Below are positions 24,101-38,200 of a DNA stretch of 64,000 bases, one piece after another (position 1 is the first letter of the stretch; each line of letters opens with the position of its first letter). The stretch lies in the NCBI GenBank assembly GCA_002104945.1, contig MCFH01000011.1, forward strand, positions 372,001 through 436,000. The letters run 5' to 3'. Under the pieces are notes generated by a model. The model saw only the letters and a list, made by a program, of their open reading frames with translations. It was not told where the DNA came from and searched no databases. The translations under genes and the position numbers were made by a program. The stretch comes from Piromyces finnis finn (Eukaryota > Fungi > Neocallimastigomycota).

Positions 24101-27100
24101 TTAAATAATTATTTTATATTATTTTATATTTATATTTTTATTTATATATATTTTATTATTTTTATTTATTATTTACTATATCAATATGTATTATCACAAA
24201 TTAAATAAATAAATAAATAAAAGATGTGTATTCTCTTCCTAGTCTAAAAAAAAAAAAATCATTATAATCATTATAGTATATTTACTCAAAGTCTATCCAT
24301 ATATATTCCCTATAGAATTGTAATATTCACTAGAAAAAGGAAAAGAAAAGACCAAACTATTTTCAAAAATTATATAAACAAACTATTAATGAATAAGTAT
24401 TTCTTATATACTTTATAAAACGTACGATTAATACAATATAGTATTAATAGATCTGTCATACAATAATAAAATTCTTTTAAAAGCATAATTTTTATCTTTT
24501 ATAATTGAAAAATATTATAAAATGAAAATTCATAATAAAATATTATTCTATTATTATTTATTTTCAAATATTATAAGAGTTAAGATATAAAATAATTTTT
24601 AGAATTATTTATATAATTAGATTATTTTCTCTTTAAAGGGTGGAGTCTTCATACAAACAAACAAAACAAAACAAAAAAACTAGGTATAAATTTAATCTCA
24701 TAATAAAATTGCAAATCTTTTTTTTTTTTTTGAAACAAAATTAAATTTTTTGAGAAACAAATATTTTTAATAAATTAAGATCTACTACTTTAATATATTA
24801 AATTTTTAAATGACTATGTTATTATTTTTTATTATTTAATATTTTTTCAATATAATTTTAACTTTGTTTATAAATATAATTATTCTAAAAAGAGTGAATC
24901 ATCATTTACTTCTTTAAATCTTATATATATTTTATGTCATTATAAACTAATAATATTTTTTAATATAATTATTGAAAAGTGGGTTTATACAAATTTATTT
25001 ATAAATGGTATATTTCATTTTTTTATTTAATGAAATGGGTATCTTAGTCAATGTTTTCTTTTAATAATAAAAATAATTAATTTAATTATTATTTGAACAC
25101 AACTCAATATTGAGATTATACCAAATAAATTTTGTAGTTACACTGATTTTAGTAATAAAATTTTTATGTAGGAAAATAAATTGTTAGAGAGGCATTTACT
25201 AAAGTGGATTCCCCAAAAAAAACTTTTTTGTAGCACCAATAATTTTTAAAATAATTCAAAAATGGTAATTATTAATAAAAACAAAAATAAAACTTTTAGT
25301 CGTTTGGTGAATATGCTTTTATAATTTATTGTAGTATTTTATTTATTTACAATAAATATAGAGACTGATGGCTAAATATAAAATTACTAAAAAAATAATA
25401 TTAAATAATTTATAATAATAATAATAATAATAATAAAGTAGTTTTTGTTTTATTGAATATAAAAAAAGAAGGGAGAAAATCAATTTTCTCCAAAAGCTAT
25501 TGGTGATGTTATAAGACTTAAGGATAACCCATAAATCATGTGATATGATATACAATATTATACATTTTTATTTTATGAATGTAATTAAATTTAAAATGTT
25601 TCAAAATATATAATAAATATTTTGTTGTATTTATACTTTTTTTTTTGTCTTAATATGGCTTAATAATATATATAATATTACTTTTATTTCACTTTTAAGC
25701 ATAATAATCTTTAATTATGAAACTCAATTTTTTTATTATTTTTAAAAACACAAAACTATACTAATATAATTAATATTTCTATGAAATATAATAATTTATT
25801 AATTATAATTACGAATAATATTAAATCTAATATAAATTTTTTTTATTTTTGTTTTATAATAAATTCTTTATAATATGTTATTTAATTATTTAATGTTTTC
25901 ATATGAAAACTAAAATAATAGAAAACTTATTTTTTAATCTAACATTTTAATACATATTACTATTATATATAATATAATATTAAACCAACATATTTATATA
26001 ATATTAATTAAAGTTTATCATTTTAATTAAAATTTAAATTAAATATTTTAGTATTGAAGTTTGAATAATATAAAATTACCAAAGAATATAAATATTCTCA
26101 ATACTCATAAAGGATTAATTAAATAATAAATTACAGAATAAAGGATAAAAAATTTAATAAAAAAAAAGACAACTCATTATTCTTTTAATAAGAAAACTAA
26201 TATTACTTAAGAAAATTAATAATAATAATACAATATATTTCTATAATTAAAAACGATAATAAGTTGATAAAACAAAACATAAAAATTATATTTTATTATA
26301 AAATATTATTAATTATTTTTTAAATTTTCTATTTTTCAATTTTATTGAACGATTGATTATTGGAAGGAAAAAATTAATGAGTACAGAAATGGTCCAATAA
26401 AAAGTAATTATAATATTTTATTATAAAATTAAGATGGAAAATAAAAAAAATTTAAAATTAATTAAAATTAAATTAAAGAAACATAGAAATTTATTTGATT
26501 TTTTAACCTAGTTGAAACACATTCTAATAAATAAACTTTTTAAATTTATATTATGAATGAAAGAATTATAGTAGGGCTAAAAGATATGAAACTATATTAT
26601 ATGATGGATCAATTATGTATAATTAAATGAGAAATGCAATTTTAAATGAATGATATACTTTCTTAATAGTTACTTTTATTTTTTAATTTGCTTAATAGAA
26701 CAAATAAATAAAATTAATAAAATTTTTCATTAAAATATTTATAAAAGTTAATTTATTCATTAGGAATAAAATATTTTTTATATCTATTTTTCTATAGTGT
26801 AAAAATAAACTTTTTGAAATAAACTTTTATTGCTGAAATAGTTTATTTTATTTTAATTTATGAGAATTGCCGTTTTTTCTATCTATTGAAAAAGAAGTTA
26901 ATATTATATTTTAATCATGTCATTTTTTTTTAGTTGTAACGACATAACTTGGCGGTTTTATAAATGTTTAAATTTAAAGAAAATACTTTAGAAATATCAT
27001 TATTTAAAAATACTCTTTCCTAGAAATAGGTAAAACAAATATATAATTGAAATAATAAAATAGATTATGAATATATATAACAATTTATATAAATTTATCA

Positions 27101-27344
27101 ATTTATATTTTAAATATATAGAAATAAAATATTTCATTATTTTATTTAATAATAAAGTTTAACATGGAAAATTTTATTTTATTCAACCAATAATATAAAA
27201 ACTATCCAATTTCAGATAATTAATTTAGAAACTTTTTTAATTTATATTATAACATTAATATTTGTGTAATAACATTTCTGTAATATTAAAAACTCTCCAA
27301 TTCTAAATTAATTTAATAATTTTTTTGTTGCAGTAATTGAATAA

Positions 27345-27383
<39 letters not shown>

Positions 27384-27384
27384 A
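27345..27384. repeat. (AAAT)n microsatellite
   Basis: About ten tandem AATA/AAAT units. Confidence 0.9.
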
Positions 27385-28512
27385 AAAGTTATTATTATAA
27401 TATGTTATATAATATTCTTTGGCCTATTTTATTTAAATACTAAGATATTTATCAAAGTGTTTGTAATTATATTTTTAATATGGAAATTCAATATTAAAGT
27501 ATTAAGTTTTATTAATATATTAATATTAAACCTTTATAATCAAAGTATTTCTTGTTTCATTACTATAAATTTTACTTTTTTTTTTTTTTAAATTATTAAT
27601 GAATTAACTTTTATTTATAAGTTTCAAAAGTATTTTTTTAAATAGGAGAATCTTATTCTATATTTAATTAGTAAACTTTATTTTAAATAAAATTTCTATT
27701 ACTTTTTTTCTATAATTTTGTTGAAACATTTAATTTTTTTATTCATTTAAAAATTTCAATATACCATAGACAAAAAAGGAAATTACATAATATAAAACTT
27801 TAATTAATATAAAATTGGATTATAATCTGTCATATCAAATTAATTCATATTCTATGAAATATATTTCATTTATATTATAATATTAACTCAAAATTTTATT
27901 AGTACAAATTATTATTTCTAATATATTAATACTAAATAGTGTGATATATTATTATAAAATAGTAATAATAAAATCATATAACATTATATTAAATTTATAT
28001 TCAAAACATCTTTCATATAAAATTACACTAATTATTTTTGTTATATTAATATATTAATAATAAATTTATTCAATTATTTATGTTTAATACTAGTAAACTT
28101 TAATATTTAGTGTTTTAATAATTTATATTAGTTAATTAGTATTATTCCAAAAATTTTTTATTTCAAAATATTATATTTAATAAAATTATATTAAAATAAT
28201 AAAAAAAGTATCATAAAAAGTTAAATTAAAATTATTAATAATATAATTGTAAAACGGTAGTAATATAAAATGAAAGCTATTTTACCAAAGAAATAAAAAA
28301 ATTTTTTTTTAAAGTAATAATAATAATAATAAAAAAAAAAAAAATATATATATATAAGTTATTAAATAAAAGTTCAAGAAGAAAATAGAAATTTGTTTAA
28401 TATTATAATATTAAATATTTTTGAATTAATTTAATTTTTATTTAAAACTTTTAATAAAAAAGAAACTTTGTAATATATATATATAAAACAATAAAATAAT
28501 ATTAAAATTAAA

Positions 28513-29915
28513 ATGAAATACATTCATACTCTTGGACTTTTATTAGCTTCCACTTTAATTGTAAGTAACGTTGAAGCTGCTTATCCAAAATGTTCTGATT
28601 GTATTGTTTTCGCCACTGGTAAGGATGGTTCTCTTTGGGGTTGGGAAAATGAATCTTTTTGTAGAATTTCAAAGAAATGTTATTCCACTACTACTAAGAA
28701 AGTAAAAACTTCAACAAAAAAAACTACTAAAAAAACTACTACTAAAAAGCTTACTACTAAAAAGCTTACTACTAAAAAGACAAAGGTTACTGCTAATGTA
28801 GCAACCGAAGTTGCTCCAACCACTACTATTCCAGCTACTATTCCACCAGCTCCAATTAAAACTAGCGGTCCACATCAAACTAATGCTCGTGGTCAAATGA
28901 TTTGTAATGCTTGTACTGTTACTGCTACAGGTGGTGACAATTCTTTATGGGGATATGAAGATGATAAGGTAAAGTTTCATTATTAAATAAATTATAAATT
29001 TTATATCAAAAAAATAAAAAAAAAGTTAGTGAAAAAAAATTATGAAAATTACTTGTTTTTTGAAAAGATTGCAAACTTTTTTATTGTTATAATATTATTA
29101 AGAAGACTTTTAATTAGGAATTAGTATATAAATTATATCGAATTATCAAATTATACTTAGTTAATAAATTTTTTATTCTTAATAATAAAAGTCATGTGTT
29201 ATTGATGAAGTTAGATGTAATGTCAAGTCTGCTACTGAAACAGCTCCACCACCAAATGATGTAGCTCTTGCAAATCACCAAAAAGATGGATCAGGTAACT
29301 TAATTTGCAATGGATGTAATGTTACTGAAACTGGTGGTGACCAATCTCTTTGGGGTTATGAAGATAATGCAGTATGTATTTTAATGAAATAAAGGAAATA
29401 ATTAATAAGAAATTAAAAATATTTTTAGTATATAATATTTTAAAATAAAATTAATAACTAATGAATTATAACATTATTACAATATAATTATTTTATAGTC
29501 TTGTATCATTGATAGAGTAAAATGTAAATTAGAAGCACCAAAAAAAAATAAGGATGATGGTATACCAATTTGTGATACATGTGTAGCTCTTGAAACTCAT
29601 TCTGATACTACTCTTTGGAACTATGAAAATGGTAAAGCATGTAGAGTTATTGGTTCTCGCTGTAATATCAATTCAACTCCTTACTCATGGTGTAAGGGTT
29701 GTGTCGTTACTGAATATGGTGGTGATGGTGCTGCATTTGGTTGGGAAAATGAACAATCTTGCCTTGTTAATGAACAATCATGTGGTTATGTTGATAAATT
29801 TGGTAAGCCATTTGGAGAAGCAGTTGATGAATCTGGTGATGCTTATTCCCAAAAAATTGGAATGGGAATTGCTATTACATCCTTAATTGGTCTTATTATT
29901 GCAATTGCTTTTTAA
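28513..29915 (+). CDS. Secreted protein with five fungal dockerin (CBM10/NCDD) modules, Lys/Thr-rich linker and C-terminal GPI-like signal; exons 28513-28968, 29192-29371, 29499-29915
   Basis: Signal peptide MKYIHTLGLLLASTLIVSNVEA, then five repeats of C-x2-C-x-V-x3-[GS]-x-D-x2-[LF]-[WG]-x-[WY]-E-x4-C-x6-7-C. It ends ESGDAYSQKIGMGIAITSLIGLIIAIAF*. Both introns are phase 0 at the same position within a dockerin module. Confidence 0.9.
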
Positions 29916-30494
29916 ATAGAGTAATTTATTAAAAAATAAGTTAAATATTTGGAAATTGATTTTTATATTTTTATTAAAAAATTTAAAAATATATTTATAA
30001 ATGATAGATTAATTTTAATCAAGTTTAAAATAAAAAGCTTTTTTTTTTCTTATAATTATATTTTATTAATATATATAAGAAATAATTTTAAAATTAATAT
30101 TATTTTAAGATAATATATATATAAAGTAAAATATATAGTTTATTTTAATGTATGAAAATAAAAATAAGAAAAAAAAAATTATTATGTAGATATTATATAA
30201 AAAGTAATATATATAGATGATAATATTGAATATTGAGTATTCAAATTATTATCTACTAAAATGAAAATTAATAAACAGTTAAAAAACAAAGTCTAAAACA
30301 AAACATTTAAAAAGGTTTATATGTTAACAATAGCAGATATTTTTTACCTGAAAATCTGGCAGAGGTTGAACTTCTTCTAGCTAAAATTTTTGGCTAAATC
30401 TACCAAAAATCTAGGATAAATATTAATATATTAAGAAAGGAGGTTGTCCATTTTCTCCAATTATTTTTAATTTCTTTTTTTTTTTTTTAAATGA

Positions 30495-32200
30495 TATTTT
30501 TAAAGAGTGTGAAGATCTCAGTGTCAGTTTAAGAGACATTCGATGCTGTGGTTGGATTTTTTGCAGATGATATAGTTATTTGTGTTCATATCAAGAAGAT
30601 GCTTAAAAAAGTTGCTAAAAAGAGTTAACGAATAGACTTTATATAATGCAATAGAATTTGGTATCCAGAAATGTTCAACGATGGTGATTCGTCCTGAATC
30701 AGTAGAAAATCAGAACATGAAAGATCCAACGTTTTATTTAGCAGGAAAACCATTCCAGCTCTTGATTGCTACATCTATATCAGTGTTCCATTTGATAAGA
30801 ATTTGTCCCTTAAACCAGTTATCAAAGCTCTTAGTAATAAGGTTTTGAAAGGATTTTTCTTAGTCAGCAAATTCTTAAGAAATCCTAATATTCCTATTCC
30901 TTTCAAAGAGCTTGTGCTTAACTCACAAATGATCAGCAGAGTTTCATACTTTGCATAATTACTTGGATCCAACAAAGCTAGGTCTAGGATTGCTTAGAAG
31001 CATGTTAGCAGAGGAATATGATGGGTTGCTGGAGTTCATAAAGCTGTATCGTTTATATCTTTATACTCTATTTCAAAAGATTTGAATATTCCTCCATTGT
31101 TAGCCAAATGCGCATTAGCTCAGGTTAGATGTTTTAACAAGTGAAAAAACTCAAATTGTATTATATCATACCTTGTCAATTACATTCCTAAATTTAGAAA
31201 ATATACACGGTACAAATCAAGTAAGGACTCTTAATAAAAAAATCAAAGAAGCATGGTGATGTTAAATCAATTAAAAACATTTATTGGAAAGATCTCAAAG
31301 GAAATTCAATCAAAGCCCAATATTAAGATGATAATAAAATTATTGAAACTAAAGATTTTATCAAATTATGTTATGAGTATCCAGAGTTTGCCTATGATTT
31401 CTATTGGCTATTGAAGGCAAGAAGCAGATACAAATTGGATGTTAGAATTGCAAAAGCTGCTAAATTCATTGATCCAGTTTGTCTTAACCACTTTCTATGT
31501 TGCAAGAGTGATGATCAAAGTGTTAAATATTGATTATTAGATTGTCCAACTTTTAGAGATATCCGTATTAAACATTACAATTACATAGTCCAACTATTAT
31601 TTTTTTTCATTCAACGTAACTCCAACAGTCTTATCAATAATAATGAAAATGTTAATATTAGCAGATAGCAATAGTGAAGATAATAATTAATAATTCTAAT
31701 TTAAATAGTTATTTATTTAATAATAGTAAAACATTTCTAATAATCCGGAGAATATTAATGTGTATGGTTATTCTAGTGTATGTAATAAAATATTTAAATT
31801 CCTTCTTGGGGGAAGAAGTTTTAACAATATCAATTCCCAATTCAAAGGAATGGACATAACTTTACAAGTGACAGATTCAATATGGCACTTACGAAGAAAC
31901 ACTATTTTTGACGGTATCAAAGGAACTTCTAACCAAAAACCTGCCTTTTGTTATTAGCCAGTAATGGTCAATGCTTAAAAGGTTTGAAGCAACAATCAAG
32001 AGCGTCAATGTTGAAGAAATAGTAAGGCAGGCCAGCCCTGGCCAGCGTAACCAATGGAGATCATAATTTTATCCCATGACAAAATTTTGATCTTTGACTC
32101 GGTATCTCATTGGAAGTCAAATACAATTATTATACTTTAGTATCATAGTGGCTTTTTTACATTAATTAAAATGACTCGAATATATTATACCTAATTTTTA
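30495..32200 (+). mobile_element. 5'-truncated decayed LINE family 1, copy B (from RT FADD motif to 3' UTR)
   Basis: Begins at the RT block ...RCCG.FADDIVIC...KKMLKK, then continues collinear with copy A and, in reverse, copy C. Confidence 0.88.
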
Positions 32201-32219
32201 TTCATTGATAATATATATA

Positions 32220-32500
32220 ATTATTCTAGTGTATACAAAAAAATATTTAAATTCCTTCTCAGGGAAGGGATTTTAACAACAATAACATAAAAGAATGGAT
32301 AGAACTATTTAAGCATTAAATTAAACTAGTCACATACAAAAGATATTCATTTTTAAAAATAATACAGAACTTCTAACCATAATAAAATTTCATGTTATTG
32401 GTGAATAATAATGTACAAAAGGTGTAAATCAACAACCGAGAACATCAATGATGAAAAAACAATAAGATAGCACAATTATTGAAGATCAAAAATGGTCAGG
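32220..32500 (+). mobile_element. Older, more diverged LINE family 1 3'-end fragment in tandem with copy B
   Basis: ATTCTAGTGTAT...ATATTTAAATTCCTTCT...GGATTTTAACAA...AAGAATGGA...GAACTTCTAACC...CAAAAGGT...CAACAACC.AGAACATCAATG is collinear with 31770-32020. Confidence 0.65.
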
Positions 32501-32519
32501 ATTTATTTTCTTTTCAAAA

Positions 32520-32720
32520 ATAGCTAAAATGATGGGTTAAAAATCGCAAGAATCCTGTATCAGATATTACAAGTTACAGTTTAAACCGTGGCTGCGAAAG
32601 TGTCTTCTGTTTCAATCCTATCAATTAAATAGCATAGGTTATAAAGGAACCCATTTCTATTAAAGAAATCAGAGATACTATTATCTTAATGAAGGATAAT
32701 AAAGCACCTATATTATTTTC
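32520..32720 (+). mobile_element. Short LINE ORF2 remnant (region just upstream of RT domain)
   Basis: Reads PISIKEIRDTIILMKDNKA, the segment that precedes the GPDG motif in LINE ORF2. Confidence 0.45.
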
Positions 32721-35269
32721 GTTGATCTCAAAAAAAAAAAAAAAAAAAAAAAAAAAAGCATACAATTCGGATCTTATCTTTAACACTCTTACGAAATTAT
32801 TCTAATAAAATATTTTTGGTAAATATTTTGATTTATTCCAAAAGTCAGTTTCGCTCTTCATATTGTGGTAATAATGATATTTGGATTTGGATTCTAGGAT
32901 ATTATCTTAGTATATTAATTCCTTTCTTCAGCTTCCTTATTGATTTTTATACATCTCTTTCTTATAATAAATAAAATAATTTGTTTGTTTATCAATTAAT
33001 AACTCCTTGAAAGGTAGATAATAAAAATTATTTATGATTTTAATAAGTTCTTTAATAGTGAAATTTTGTTTCAAATTGATATGATAAAAACGAGGATATT
33101 TGAATGAATATATTAATAATTCATCGATGTTTCATATTATATATATAGAAAGGCTTGTGACTTATTTTTCTAAAACTCTTCCTATAATTAGTAACTCTCT
33201 GAAATTGTTGTTGTATATAAAATTTTTCATTTAAAATGATTTTATATACAATAAGAAAAATAGTATTACTTTTTCCATTTTAAATCCAAGAAATATAGCG
33301 TGGACGTTAGTTAGATAACAAAAAATAAAAAAAAAAGAAATATATCTAGTCATTTTAGATCTTATTAAAGCATATAATTCAGTGTTTATTGGTATTATTT
33401 TATATAAATTAGACTGTTTAGACATTAGAGGAAAAAGTATACAATTTATCAAAAAAAAAAAAAAATTAGAAAACTTATTCTAATTATTGATTGTTACACT
33501 TTCTCAGTATATTATATATATTATTCAATATGAAATTGACTAGTTATTATTTAATACTAAAATTTAAAAGGACTTTCTTTAACTAATAATTTTTATAGCT
33601 ATCAAATAGAGTATAATACCACCATGCTTATCTGGTATTAATAAAGGCAGATCTAAGATTGCTCAAAAGTATGTTGGTATGGAAATATGATGAACCGCAT
33701 ATATTAACAAATCAATTTATATCAATTTTTAAATATTTGAATATTTCATTATTATTATCTACATGAAGTATATTAACATTTAGATATTTTAACAAATGAA
33801 TTAACTCAAATTGTTTTATTTCTTTCTATGTTGATTTCACTTTTAAATTTAGTATTTATGATATTAGTCCAGTAGATATCTTCATAAATAATTAAAAAAT
33901 ATAGAGATAATAAAACTTATATAAAAAATCTTTATTAAAAAGATCAAAATAAAAAAAATCAATAAAAATGAAATAGTATGATGATAATAAATTTGAAGAA
34001 ACTAACACACACACCTTAGAGTTTCTACTGGCTATTGAAAGTAAGAATCTAATACATATTAAATACTAAGTTGAATACTTTTTATCTTAATTTTATTTAA
34101 TATTCATAAAATGCATTAAATATATAATTATATCCTTAATAATAAAAAAAAACTTAAAAATATAAAGTTTAATATAGTTATTGTTTAATATTCATAAAAT
34201 TCCTTTTATCATATAAAGTAATATTATTACTTTAAGTATTTTCCTGACCTTGATTATCAAACTTAAAATGAATTATAACTGCTTCATTTTTATTATGATG
34301 TAGAAAATCAATTGATTCATTAAATATATCGCTTAAAATTTTAAACCAAATTTTTAGTAATATCAATGAAGTCATGACTGATACTTATTTCTTTATAAAA
34401 TTCATGAAGCAGATGGAAGCAGCTTTTTGCTTAATAACAATATTAATTAAATCCAAAAAGATTCAAAATAAACAAGTAAAAATAATGTGGCCTGTGGCAT
34501 TTTTATATAATAATGTAAAAGAAAATATAAGTAATAATATCAATGTTAATAAGAATATCTTTGAATTAAAAATTGTATTTATTGATATCACTAAACTAAA
34601 ATTAATCAAAATATTATTAAAGATAAAAACAGAAATAAATATAACAATAACATAGGAAAATGAAAATTTTGTAAAAAATAATAAGAGAAAGTATAGCCTT
34701 AATAAGAGTACTTTTTTTTTTAGAGAATAGATACATAAATAATTAGATGATATTAAAACTGTGTTAAATATTTTTATGAAAGATAATATATAAGTATTAA
34801 AGGAATTCATAAAGAGTATAATTTTCGATAAAATAATATTTTATTTTATAAAATGAAAATTATTATAATTACTTGAAGTCAAACAAAAAAAATAGTTATT
34901 TATAAAGCTAAATTCCATCTTATTCTAATTTTTTATATAGCTAAAATTAAAGCAGTTGAATAGACACTTTTTGTTATAACTTAAAATTTATTAACCATTG
35001 AATATTGTTGGCCAATAAAATGATGCATAATTATATTTAAAAGTGTAATATTAAAAATTAGATATTCTTTATAAGTACCTTGTTCACTGTTCACTTTAAA
35101 TCTTCTACTATAATTATATCTGTGATGTTGATCATAATTTTATCACATCTCTTACTTCATTGATTTTTTTTTTTTAATGGCATCAAATATTTTTAAACTT
35201 TGTTATTAATTTAATTAAAATTATAATACATGTAATAAAAAAAATTAAAAATAAAAAATAAAAATAAAT

Positions 35270-38200
35270 AGGCTTAAATAAACACAAATGAATAAAAATT
35301 GGGTATAATGTATTTGAGTCATTTTAATTAAAGTAAGAAAGCCACTATTATACTAAAATATAATAATTGTATTTGACTTCCAATGGAATACCGAGCCAAA
35401 GATCAAAATTATGATCTTCATTGGTTGTTCTGGCCCTCCTGGCCTGTCTTACTGTTTCTTCAGCATTGGCGCTCTTGGATATTGATCATTAACCATTGAT
35501 GGCCAATAGCAAAAGGCATGATTTTTGTTAGAAATTCCGCGGTTACCGTCAAGAATGGTGTTCCTTCGTAAGTGCCAGATTGAAGTTAAGTACTAGCTTT
35601 TTGAAAGGAATAGGAATATTAGGATTTCTTAAGAATTTGCTGACTAAGAAAAATCCTTTCAAAAACCTTACTACTAAGAACTTTGATAACTGGTTTAAGG
35701 GACAAATTATTATCAAATGGATATAGGTGTAGTAATCAAGAGTTGGAATGGTTTTCCTACTAAATAAAACTTTGGATCTTTCATGTTCTGATTTTCTACT
35801 GATTCAGGACGAATCACCATCGTTGAACATTTCTGGATACCAAATCCCATTTCATTATACAAAATCCATTCATTAACTCTTTTTTAGCATCTTTTTTAAG
35901 CATCCTTTTGATGAAGCACAAATAACTATATCATCTGCAAAAAGTCCAACCACAGCATCGAGTGCCTCCTAAACTGATTCCGAAATCTTCGCACTCTTTA
36001 AATATATCATTAATAAAGATATTAAAGAGAATAGGAGAAAATAGGCAACCTTGACGGATTCCTTTCTTCACATCAAAAAGATTTCGAGAATTGTCCATCT
36101 AATTTGTCATTAGCCTTAGATGTTAGATATAAATTTTTTATGAATTGTAAACTCTTACCTCCAATTCCTTAAACAATCTAAATTATGGAGAATATTACCA
36201 ATTGGGACAGAATCGTACGCTTTCCTGAGATCTAAAAAGGCAAAATATGTCTCTTTATTATCTAATTGACGTCTACGATATATTTCTTGGATTGAAATGA
36301 CTGATACTTTCTTCCTTTTTTCGAAAACCAGATTGTTCCAGTCTAATGAAATTATTCTTAAGACCATATTCTGAGATTCTAGTGATGTCAATTTTTGAAA
36401 TCAACTTAATACCATTATTGATAAGTGATTTCAAAAATTGGAATACCATCCGGACCTAATGCTTTATAGTTTGGAGTAGAGAGGAGAGCTGATTTGACTT
36501 CATCAATACTAATATCTTGATTGATATCCCATTCATCAAGCATAGGGAGTGAAAAATGTTTATTCGTTGGTTCTTCATACCAATGCTCCAAATTAAGACT
36601 TACACCACTTGGATCTGATGTAAGATTTTCGAAATGATCATGCTACACCTCTAGTTGTTCTTCCGTAGCAACAATTAAATCTCCATTCTTATTTTTTATT
36701 GGTCGAGCAATAAAGAAAGTATCTTTTCCAATTTTTGCAGTTTTCTTGATCCATTTCCAGGCCTTCTTAGGATTATGACTCTTCATATACTCACATCCTG
36801 TTTTAATCCAATGAAGATATTCTTGTTTCCTAAATTCATTACATCTTTTGAGGATGTAATCAATGAGCTTATGGTAGATTTTAATTCATTTAATAAACTC
36901 GTCTATGTCATAAATTCTTTCTTTTTTAAATCTCTTATACAACTTCATTTTGATTTTTTGGAGATTAAAAATTTGTTGTGAAATATGAAATGAAGATTTT
37001 ATATTTACTGAAGTAATACTAAGCTCGTCTGCAATTGAAAAAGCGGTTGAAGTAAACTCTTTGGAAAGTTCATCTGTAGAAACATTAGAATCATTAAGTT
37101 TTGCTGAAAGTATTTGGAATTTATTATAACTGAGAATAGATTCATTTTCCTCGATACATTTTAATATATTCCTTTTCAGAATTTTCTTAGAAACATTAAA
37201 GGCATTAGAAAAACCTTCCATAGGAATAATTTTACCATTAATAAGGAGTGGCTTATGATCTGATACAGGATAAAAATTATTTATAAATGATCCTGAGTGA
37301 AAAAGATCTTTCATCTTCGAATTGATAAGAGCATGGTCAATGTTGGAAGATTGATCATCTCGAGTCCAAGAGATAGTAGATCCTCTAAGCGGAAGAATTT
37401 CTCAGTCTCCTAATCCATTTACTTTAGACATATTAAAATTACCAACAAGAATCGATGGATGGGATGAATGAGTTTGTAACTACAAGCGAACTTCTAACTT
37501 TGCATGATCAATATAGATGTTGTGATGACTATAAGGCATATAGACATTTCCAATCGAACATTTGAATCTATTCCAAAGACTAAAAGTATAAATAGAAATA
37601 ATATACTTTCCAGAGAAGTATTCAAGTGAGGCTTGACACGAATTGTGAAAACCTAAATATAAGCCTCTCATTCCAGGAACTGATTCATCAACTTTCTTGA
37701 AAAAGTGTCTATAGTTTCGTAAGGTAACACGACAAGGATACTCTGTATTCGATTCAGAACCATTACCAGCTTCTTGGAAACATAAAAATAATGGTTTGAA
37801 AATAGTTGTGAAATGGCTAATACTATCTCTCTTTTCGTGATTCCACCCATTGGTGTTCCAACTAAGACAAAACGAAAAATTATCAGGTTTGTTGGATGAG
37901 GAAGAATCGTTGCTATTATTATTATTAAAGACATCATTATTAATGGATGATACGTCAGAGAAATTAGATGAACTATTATTGGATGGCTGTGAAACTGAAA
38001 AACTATTGAATTGTTATCAGAGTTGATAGAATTATTAGAATTAATTGTTGAATGTTGAGATTGAAATTGTGTTTGTTGTAGATCTGGAGTATTTTTATGT
38101 TGGAAATCTTGTTGATGAGATTGTTGAGCTGATTGTTGAGCCGATTGTTGATGTTTATTAGAAACTAAAATTTTACGTTTGAATGTGGAAAAAGTGTATT

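Noticed and set aside
25343-25555. Low-complexity ORFs 25343-25555, 33231-33452, 34374-34655, 34463-34810, 44281-44493, 44432-44635, 62128-62484, 62216-62422
   Set aside because: They arise from (ATT)n, (TA)n and A/T runs or from AT-rich non-coding DNA, with no motif or splice support.
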